DNA from: Eledone cirrhosa | Taxonomy: Eukaryota | Reading direction: 5' to 3' | Length of the DNA stretch: 64,000 nucleotides | NCBI GenBank assembly: GCA_964016885.1 | Contig: OZ024757.1 | Coordinates: forward strand, 26,784,001 to 26,848,000 | In this document: piece by piece, positions 53,840 through 64,000 of the stretch | Layout of the letters: each line of letters opens with the position of its first letter | Numbering within the stretch: the first letter of the stretch is position 1 | Notes under the pieces: generated by a model | What the model was told of the DNA's origin: nothing | Database searches by the model: none | The model's input: the letters and a program-made list of their open reading frames with translations, nothing else | Made by a program: the position numbers and the translations under genes

Positions 53840-54700
53840 TGGAGTGAGTTGGGCTTGTCTCTTCCTGAGAAGGTGGAGGACAGTCGAAGTCAGAGAACTT
53901 AGGACAGCATAAGTTCGAAGGCCACCTTCGACTCCCTCTTCGTCCAGTCAGATCAGTTTGCAAGGTGCCGCTTACTATCTGCCAGCGCCAAATACTCAGG
54001 CGACTGGGTTGATGCCCTACCCGTGGCCAACGTTGGTGGCCTACTCAGCCTGGACGAACTTCGTGTCTCCATCGCCCTCAGAGTGGGAGCTGACGTATGC
54101 ATGGGTTTGAGGTGCCGATGCGGCAAATTCCTCGACTCCACAGTCTTTCTTGCCGCTTCGCGCGTCACACGGAGCTAAACCTCATTCTGAAGAGAGCTTT
54201 GGCCCAGGCGAATATCCCCTCAGTCTTGGAACCATCTGGGTTGTCGAGAAGTGACGCAAAAGACCTGACGGCCTTACTCTGTGCCCCTGGTGCCTTGTCT
54301 GAGACGTCACTGTTAGTGACTCTTGCTCTTTCCCACATCCTGGATGCTGCGGTTAGGACGAGAGCCACAGCTTTCGCAGCCGAGCGGAGTAAGACCCTCA
54401 AATACTCTGATCTGTCGGCGGCCAGCTACATTTTTCAGCCTTGTGGCTTTCGAGACATTTGGGGGGAGTCGGGCCGCCGACTGCGAGGTTCCTCTCTTCA
54501 CTGGCCGCTCGCCTAATAGAGGTAACTGGCGAATCTCGCGAGGGCGCTTGGCTGTTTCAGCACCTCAGCCTCGCCATCACCAGAGGTAACACTGACAGTG
54601 TGCTGGCTTGCCTCAAAAATCATTAGAGAGGTTGCCCAGTACTCATCGCGACGTTGCTGTCTTTTGTTCTGGTGTTGGCTCCGTTGTTCACCCCTTCCTT
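53840..54700 (+). mobile_element. Degenerate CRE-like non-LTR retrotransposon, zinc knuckle plus restriction-like endonuclease
   Basis: Frameshifted reading gives SGDWVDALP...LRVSIALRVG...CRCG..HSLSC..RHTELN..LKRAL..IPSVLEP..KRPDG..FETFG..WLFQHLSLAITRGN. Confidence 0.7.
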
Positions 54701-55154
54701 TACATTTTCTTTAATATTGTAACATTAAAAGAATATATCTTTCTAAATGAATCGCGAGCTATTTATAATGTTGTCTAAGCATTTGTAATGTTATTTGTGT
54801 ATATATTTAAAACGTTTGTTATGTTATTCTACTGTAAATTTATTTATATGCTCTGTTTATATTTTCATTCTGAAAGAATTGCAAACGATTTATAATGTTA
54901 TTTATACAACTATGAATAAAATGAAAAAAAACGAGATGTCCTACACGAGTGAAAGTATAAGGAAAAAAGATGAAATCGAAAATGCAACTGGAATCTTTTT
55001 AAAAATATTTATATGCCTATGATGGTTGGAAGATCACTGATGATTTTAATATGATTTATTTAATATCGTAAATATACTCCAAATACTTGTTGAGTGCTTT
55101 TATATCAGTTATAAATATTTACTCGTTGTTAACCCAACAATTTAAATAAAACTT

Positions 55155-55224
<70 letters not shown>

Positions 55225-55366
55225 AATTCCGTCGGAATTCCAGAACCTTTCCGGCACTGTCAATAAATACACCAGGATTTTATCATTCTGATGACTGAAA
55301 GCAAATTTTGTTTGCTTTCAAGAAACCACTGGTAAATGGAATAATTATCTTATGTTGTTTATTACA

Positions 55367-55423
<57 letters not shown>

Positions 55424-56704
55424 GTCACGCACACATATCCAGGAAGCTGATACGATAACGATATGTATATGCAGTGCCTCAGCCGGGTGGTTGGAACAGG
55501 TAAAAGAGTACACGCACACACACACACATATATATATATATTATGCATGTATGTGTGCACAATCAATGCATGTGAGCATATGTATATATATATATATAAA
55601 CAATGCAATAATGCATGTGCACGTATGTAAGTATGTAGACAGATAGTAGAAATACGTAGACAGACAGAAAGATATATATATATATATATGCAGATAAGAC
55701 CAATTATATTGACAGATCATTAGAAGAAATAGACAAATGAAGAGCAGATAGTGAAATTTAATCACGATTACAAACTATAGACATTGCCAGAAGAATGTCT
55801 TGTTATGTAAAGACATGGGGAAGGAAGGTTGAGGTGTGGGGCGACATTTCGGGGGTGTTTTTATTTATATATTTATCTTCACTTCCTACTTTCAAATGTT
55901 GCTCTAAACACTTATACAGAGTTAAATCACAAGCTAAACTACACATGGTCCTTTCATCGAGACTCCATTTCAAATTAATACGTTTGGCTGTTTTCCTCTC
56001 CTGCAGAGGAAATCCGACTTTTGAAAATAATTTCTTTTTGGCTACGCCTCACATAAAAAATATGTGTGTGTGTGAGTGTATATATATATATATTTGTTTA
56101 CATACAGATCTGTGTTCATTATATACACAGGGTGTCCCAAAAATATATATATATATATATTTGTTTACATACAGATCTGTGATCATATATATACATATAT
56201 ATATATATCTATATACGTATACAAACATATATATATATATGTTAATGAGATGGAGGTAAGACCACGATCTCTGGCGGCGTGTTTGTAACCTTTCCAAGCT
56301 TTATATATATATTCAGGGTGTCCCCCAAAAATATATACACACTTCAACAACAATCCAATAAATAAATATTGCCTGTACAGGTAATCAAAATGTGTATACA
56401 TTTTTTTGGGACACCCTGTATGTATATATATATGTATATTTATATCAAATGTGTTACACAGAAGGATTAAATGATTGACAGCGGAGTAGCAGGAGAGGAA
56501 TGTGAACTACAGCTTACGTTAATATATATATATAAACACATGCATATAATATATATATATAATTTTACACTTGAACACACGTCTGTTTTAAGGTTAAATA
56601 AGGTATAAAAGGGTAAGAAAACGAAGAAGAAGCAGCAAAAAGATGAGGATGATAATGGAATAATTTTGAGACGGGATAAGCTTGGACAGAGCGAAGTAAC
56701 TTAC

Positions 56705-56777
56705 CAGCTGGCAACGTGGAGATTGTGACAATGTTGGAACACAGAGATTTCAAACACCTCAGTGCGCGCACGTGCAT
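56705..56777 (-). CDS. GUK1: Putative upstream GUK1 coding exon encoding a mitochondrial-type presequence
   Basis: ATG, 24 codons (MHVRALRCLKSLCSNIVTISTLPA) and a consensus G|GTAAGT donor in phase 1. Splices in frame to the acceptor at 41682, which lies 26 nt before the core ATG. Confidence 0.65.
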
Positions 56778-59563
56778 TGTCCAATTTCGTTTTGGGTGGA
56801 AAAAAAAATAAATTTTGTAACCCGGGTGGGGTAGGATCTGTGTATATGTGTGTGTGTGTGTGAATAGATGGCTTGAGGTGGCGGTGATGTAGGAAGCGGC
56901 GAGGATTAAAAGACGAGGTGGGGGGGGGGGGGGAATTAAATCAGTTATTGATGATGGTGGAGTGAGGTTTTTTTTGGTGGGAAAAGAAAAAAAATATTTA
57001 AGCTAGGATCTCTGTATGTGTGAATAGATGGGTTGAGGTGGCGGCGACGGAGGGGGGGGGGGGGATAAAGCAATGTTGATGGTAGTTATTAGTGATGGTG
57101 GAGTGCAGTTTGTAATGATGTGGAAAGTAGGAATTCAGATGGTGTTGTGATGAAGCCGTGAGGTAGAATATTTTTAAAAAAGAAAACGGAATGGTACTGG
57201 AATCTTGCTAAAGTTCCTCTCCACACACCACACATACACTCATATATATATATATATTTCTTGGCAAATAGTCACTAGAAATATTTTTTATAAAAGTCAA
57301 TTTCGCTATTAATACAAACAGTATAGTGTATATGTATGTGTATATATATATATATACACAGGGTGTCCCCAAAAAATATATACACACTTCAACAGCATTC
57401 AAATCAAAGTGTGTATACATTTCTGGGGGACATCCTGTATGTATATATATATATATATTATGGAATACTGTTGGCTTCTTGCTACAATAATTTCTATACT
57501 TTTCATTTATATATATATATATATGTGTGTGTGTATGTATATATATATATATGTGTATGTGTGTGTGAGATGGTATGTGGGTATTTGTAGGTGCACGTGG
57601 TGTTAGTTTATTATGTATACTATACAAAATATTGTATGAGTGTATGTATAAATGTGCGTATGTGTAGGTGTGTATGCACGAAATATACTTGAGAGCACGG
57701 AAGTTTAATTCTGCAAGTAAGTAGTTAGATAGACAGAAAAGTCTAATTGTTGACATAGCATACATACATATATATATATATATATGTTGTGTATGTGTAT
57801 ATATATACATACACATACACACGTACACATTGCAACAGTCTACGTTGATTTCTGCAAGGTCATCCATCGTTTGAAATTCTACTATAACTCTTTTTATGTG
57901 TCTTTCTCAAGACAACTGCTCAATTAGATTTTTACTATGATAAAAAAAGAACACAAGGAAATATACAAGATAAACGCTCTATGGTGATGATTAATCATTT
58001 TCTTTTGATTTAATCTTAGTATTTAGTTCATAGCAGAAATATAATAATACAATGCTTATAGAAAGAAAGAATGCACAAACAAATATAATATAAAGGGAAG
58101 GGAAAGGAAAACAAAAATAAAGAGGAAAGAAAAAAGAAAAAAACAACAAAAAACACAGGAGCAGTTAGCACACACATCTGGGACCACATACAACAAAAGG
58201 CAGGCGAAAGGGGTGGCCAACCGAGCTGCTGCCAAAGTTAAAGGTAACAGAACAGTATCGCAAGGAGCACTGGGAAACCTCACTAATAATTTTTTTCTTG
58301 TAATTTTTCAAAATCTAAGCAGTATAATAAACATAATGTCTTCTTGTTTGCCCAGGGTCATGGGAGCTGAGTCCTCAAACATTCCTCCCAGTGGGTCATG
58401 TCAGAAGCAACAGTCTCTAACTGGATCCCCAGGCTTGACCGGTCATTGGGGCTGAGTCCTCAAAAACTCCTTCCAGCAGCAGCAACCATCTCCAACAGAT
58501 CCGAGAATTGAATTCACAACCTTTTGATTGCAAGCCCAATGCTCTAACCACTATGCACCTTCACCAGTTGCTTCTTATAGATTCGATATTATGTGAGATA
58601 AAGTGTTTACCATGAAAATACAATAGTAAATATAGAATAATGTAAATGCTAAAGATTTAAAATGCCAAAGACTCAGTATATAACTAAGACAGGAGTTACA
58701 GGATATAAAAGTAAAGGTATGTATGTGTATGTATCATAAATACACAGACCATCACTACCGCTACCACAATGATATATGTTGACCTTAAATGTATTCACCA
58801 CACCCTGCTCATTTAAGCTGTCAGTAATCCACATCAAACTTACCAACTAACCTACAGAGCTACATACCAACCAACTAGCCAATCAACACAATTACCAACC
58901 AGCATATCTACCAACTTGTCAACCAGCCAACCAACCAACCAACCTTACTTCATTCTAACCAGCCTAGCTAGCAAGCCATCTACCTATTTACCAACCTACC
59001 AATCTATAAGCATATATATATATAGGAAAAGAGTCAGGACCCCGACAGCTGAGCTCCAGCCGTTTCGACAGCTAGATCTGAACTAAGCCACCAGTTATGG
59101 TTCACCTGGTATCTTACCACACCTTCTTTGTTTTATATATATGTATATATATATATATAGTTCCACAACAAATAAGCAAACCATCCTCAAGAACGCATGT
59201 TTTACCCAACGGATTCCCAATTCGAGTGAATTTGTGCTCTGAACTCATCTTATGGATGAGTGCTCAACTTACTAATTAGGGTGTTTATCTGTGGCAGTTA
59301 CATTCTAAAGCCGTGAGGATAAACCGGTTTAAGCAATACAAAAGCATTTCATGTCAGTGGTATATTCCCAACGAAATGTTGGTGACTAGGTGTGACGGAG
59401 TTTCCGTTTGTGAAATGATGATGTCACATGGGGAGGGAGACTGTCAATGATATAACCATTACATAACCATGTCATTGAAATATATATAATACAATAAAAT
59501 AATTATGTAAAAGTAACCCTGTCTTAACAACATGTCATGTATATATATATATATATAAATTTT

Positions 59564-60250
59564 CCAGCCCACATTGTAAAGTGGTTGAGTAGGTGTCACA
59601 ACAAAAAGCACCCAGCCCACATTGTAAGGTGGTCGTATAGGTGTCACAACAAAAAGCACCCAGCCCACATTGTAAGGTGGTCGTGTAGGTGTCACAACAA
59701 AAAGCACCCAACCCACACTGTAAGGTTGTCATGTAGGTGTCACAACAAAAAGCACCCAGCTCACACTGTAAAGTGGTCATGTAGGTGTCACGGCAAAAAG
59801 CACCCAGTCCACACTGTAAGGTGGTCATGTAGGTGTCACGGCAAAAAGCACCCAGTGCACACTGTAAGGTGGTCATGAAGGAGTCACGGCAAAAAGCACC
59901 CAGTGCACACTGTAAAGTGGTCATGTAGGTGTCACGGCAAAAAGCACCCAGTGCACACTGTAAGGTGGTCATGTAGGTGTCACGGCAAAAAGCACCCAGT
60001 GCACACTGTAAGGTGGTCATGAAGGAGTCACGGCAAAAAGCACCCAGTGCACACTGTAAAGTGGTCATGTAGGTGTCACGGCAAAAAGCACCCAGTGCAC
60101 ACTGTAAAGTGGTCGTGTAGGTGTCACAACAAAAAGCACCCAGTGCTCACTGTAAAGTAGTCGTGTAGGTGTCACGGCAAAAAGCACCCAGTCCACACTG
60201 TAAAATGGTCATGTAGGTGTCACGGCAAAAAGCACCCAGTGCACACTGCA
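59564..60250. repeat. 48-bp minisatellite, about 14 copies
   Basis: AAAAAGCACCCAGTGCACACTGTAAAGTGGTCATGTAGGTGTCACGGC units. Reverse-orientation arrays at about 62545-62970 and 21505-21725. Confidence 0.92.
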
Positions 60251-60650
60251 TATATATGTGTTTGTGTATTCACAGACTTTAGCTAAGTAATATATTAATA
60301 TATTCTTTCTCAATGACAACTAGAACACATTTGGTTTATTTGATGCTAACTAGGAAGTCCTCTGTTTATTAATAAACCTTCTCGTCTTCCTGTCTATCTA
60401 CCTGGTTCATTATACCTCTCTAATTCTATCTATGCACACATATACGTCTATCGCCATACCTACCTACCTATATGTATCACACACACACATATATATAAAT
60501 TTGAGTATGTGTTTGTTGAACAATGGTTATCACCGAAATATATATTGCAGCGAATATGAATAAATGAAGTTAATTTTAACCAACTGACTTACACTTCTTG
60601 TTTATATATATATACATATATAATATATATCTGCACACACACACATATAA

Positions 60651-60685
<35 letters not shown>

Positions 60686-61052
60686 TATATATATACACAC
60701 ACATATATATATATATACACACACACACACATATATATACACGCACACGTGTATATATATATATATAAACATGATTAAATATTTATTTATTCCATGCACA
60801 AGTGCAATAATGTAAATCAACTACTTAACTATTATACAGGCATGAAATTACTAATTACAAGTTGTCAAGTTATAAGTATATAAATAGGTTGCTAGGTGGA
60901 TAGGTTGGAGGGGTTGGTCAGTAGGCTGGTGGGTGAATAGAGAAAATGTAGATATGAAGCTAGAAAGAGTTAATTGGATAGTAAATCAAAACTTAAATAG
61001 TTAAAAATAAAGGTAGACAAGCTAATAAACAGACATATAGACAGATACACAG

Positions 61053-61104
<52 letters not shown>

Positions 61105-61208
61105 ATAATAATAAAATTGAAAACTAAAATCCAAAGAGGGCTCGATAAGGAAAATATATATCAAATATATAAGAACCGTAGAGCAAATATTTATTAAAAT
61201 AACAGATT

Positions 61209-61263
61209 AAAGTTTAAGCAAAGAATCGCTGCTTTCACCCTTGACGGGATCTTCTGAAACTTT
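61209..61263 (-). ncRNA. Hammerhead-like fold with variant core (CAGAAGA) inside a 147-bp palindrome
   Basis: AAAGTTT-CAGAAGA-T-CCC GTCAA GGG-T-GAAA-GCA(9 nt)TGC-T-T-AAACTTT. The sister copy at about 51356-51403 (-) has the canonical CTGAAGA core. Confidence 0.55.
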
Positions 61264-64000
61264 CAGAAGATCCCGTTAAGGGTGAAAGCAGCGATTCTTT
61301 GCTTAAACTTTAATCTGTTATTTTAATAAATATATATATATATATATAAAGCTGTGTATCTGTCTCTGTCTATATGTCTGTTTATTAGCTTGTCTACCTT
61401 TATATATATATATATATTTATTTATTATAAGAACAGATTAAAGTTTCATAAATATTTGCTCTACGGATTTATATATATATGTATATATATATTAGGTGTA
61501 GGCGCCAGGGAAAAAAGCACCCAGCACTCACTGTAAATGAGGTTGGTGTTAGGAAAGGCACCCAGCTGTAGAAATCAAACCACAATCAGTTCCTGTATGA
61601 GCAAGACAAGGTCAGCCAACCAGACACTGCCCACAACAGGACAACCCGTCTAACCCATGCTAGCGTGGAAGAACGGACGTAAAACGGTGATGTTGATGAT
61701 ATAATCCTTACCAAGCCCTCTTATTATTACTATATATATATATTACATTAGCACTAATACAACATATTTAATAATTGTTTCTACTATTGGCACAAGGCCA
61801 GAAATTACCCAGTACATTACTGGTACTTTATTTTATCGACCCCGTAAGGATGAAAGGCAAAGTTAACCTCGGTGGGATTTGAACTCAGAATGGCAAGGGC
61901 CATAACTATGTGTCAAAGCATGGCGTCCGACCCCCTACCGATACTGCCAATCCACCGCCCACATGTTTAATAATAAAGACATGTGAGAGCATATCCAACA
62001 TGTTTATGTATAATAAACAGATATAAGTCTCACTATAGTTATTTTATGCTGTGATCATGTCACAGCTACCTTGGCTGACTATGTGTTCATATATATCTCT
62101 ATTAAACAGGTAAGTAGTAGTGCTAGTGCCACGAAAAATAGCACCCAGTTCACCCTGTTAGAGGTGATGCCATGAAAAAATGAACCCAGTACATGGCATG
62201 AAGTGATTAGCTTTCGGGAGGGCATCCGGCCATAGAAACCATGCTAAAATGGAACATATGAACATATGAGCAAGACAGTTGCCTGACATTTGTCTAACCC
62301 ATTCAAATATGGAAAATAGATGTAAAACACAGATGATGATATAATATGTATATATATATATATCAATGTTTAACTTCCATTTTTCCCAGCTAGCATGGGT
62401 TAGATGAGTTGTTCCGTTGTGAGCCGGTCAGATGACCATGTCATGCTCACACAGAACTGTTTCTGGCTTGGTTTCTATGGCTGGATGCCCATCAAAACAC
62501 CAACCATATTTACAGATAGAATGGATGCTTTTATCATAGCACCAAAATGACCACTTTATAGTGTGGACTGGGCGCTTTTTGTCATGTCAGCAACACAATC
62601 ACTTTATAGTATGGACTGGGTGCTTTTTGTCATGTCAGCAACACAATCATCTTATAGTGTGGACTGGGTGCTTTTTGTCATGTCAGCAACACAATCATCT
62701 TATAGTGTGGACTGGGTGCTTTTTGTCATGTCAGCAACACAATCATCTTATAGTGTGGACTGGGCGCTTTTTGTTGAAGCACCAAAACATCCAGTTTACA
62801 GTGTGGGCCGTGAGCTTTTTGTTGAAGCATGAAAACAATCACTTTACAGTGTAGACTGGGTGCTTTTTGTCATGTCAGCAATGCCATCACTTTAGTGTGG
62901 ACTGGGTGCTTTTTGTTGAAGCACCAAAACAACCACTTTACAGTGTGGACTGGGTGCTTTTTGTAGTGTTACCAAAAAAAATGCACCCAGATGACTTTGT
63001 TCTACCTATGTATCTGCCAGCCTACCTACCTATCTATCTACCAATCTACTATTGGAATTTGTGCTTTTAGTTGTTAATATGATAATTGTTTCTACGTTTG
63101 GCACAAGGCCAGCAAATACCCAGTGCATTACTGGTACTTTATTTTATCGACCCCGTAAGGATGAAAGGCAAAGTTAACCTCGACGGGATTTGAACTCAGA
63201 TCGTAAAGGGACGTAACTATGCTGGAAAGCATGGCGTCCGACCTTCTACCGATACTGCCAAATCACCGCCATGTTGTTAATATGATAATTGTTTCTACTT
63301 TAGGCACAAGGCCAGCAATTACTCAGTGCATTACTGGTACTTTATTTTATCGACCCCGTAAGGATGAAAGGCAAAGTTATGATGATAAGATCATATCTAT
63401 GTGTGTGATAAGATCATATCCAGTTGTTAATATGATAATGATGATAAGATCATATCTATGTGTGTGAGCTTTTCTTAATATTTAAATGTAATGTGCTAAT
63501 ATATTAGATAATATAATACACCCTCAAGAAAGGTGGTAAAAGATAACTCATAGACATCATCAGCATAAAAACAGAACAGCTAAGTTAATGTATTTAATGA
63601 AGCAACATAGCTGGTGTGTGTTTGTGAAATGCCCTGTGTGTTTGTGTGTATAAATTTTGAAGAGTTACAGGTGGAGAGATATATATAAATAAATATACCA
63701 ACACGTGGCATATAAGTTTGGTTAATTTTCACTCCCCCCATACCTTCTCTCTCTCATTCTGAGGTAATATTGTACAATGTAACCAAAGGGAGAATGTCCA
63801 TAGCTTGAATGCCTTTGGTCACTGTGTGTATGAATTATAAAATGTTACATACATATATATACATACACACACACACACACACACATATATATTAGCTTAG
63901 CAGACCTCAGATCGCTGAAGCTCACGGAGGAGATGACGAAGGACGGTGACAAGTGGAGAGATGCTGAATAGGAGCTGTCCCACCCTTGCAAACAGGGAAA

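Noticed and set aside
56245-56262. ATGGAG|GTAAGA, a possible + strand first exon
   Set aside because: No downstream + strand coding exons could be identified in the window.
59564-60250. CRISPR-like appearance of the 48-bp arrays (also 36740-37378 and 8105-9256)
   Set aside because: There are no unique spacers and no cas genes, and the context is eukaryotic and intron-containing. These are minisatellites.
63900-64000. Possible exon at the window end
   Set aside because: It resembles the LINE 3' remnant at about 27975-28060 followed by a SINE/LINE-type tail.

Overview
This is repeat-rich, AT-rich eukaryotic genomic DNA. The SINE, MITE and (TA)n landscape suggests an octopod cephalopod, which is an inference. 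Two convergent spliced genes can be built by hand with GT-AG junctions in consistent phase. ZUP1/ZUFSP lies on the + strand (8 coding exons, 14811-22906, 604 aa, catalytic Cys/His/Asp intact). Guanylate kinase GUK1 lies on the - strand (7 core exons, 41656-31928, 193 aa). A phase-compatible upstream exon at 56777-56705 would add a 33-aa mitochondrial-type presequence to GUK1. The rest is CR1, RTE, L1/Tx1 and CRE-like LINE fragments, tRNA-derived SINEs, piggyBac, Tc1/mariner and hAT MITEs, and mini/microsatellites. Most ORFs in the supplied track are low-complexity artefacts. The most striking unannotated signal is a set of non-coding fold-back elements in (TA)n tracts that carry type I hammerhead ribozyme motifs. 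One 320-bp palindrome (50751-51070) holds two complete, outward-facing hammerheads inside the inferred first intron of GUK1.
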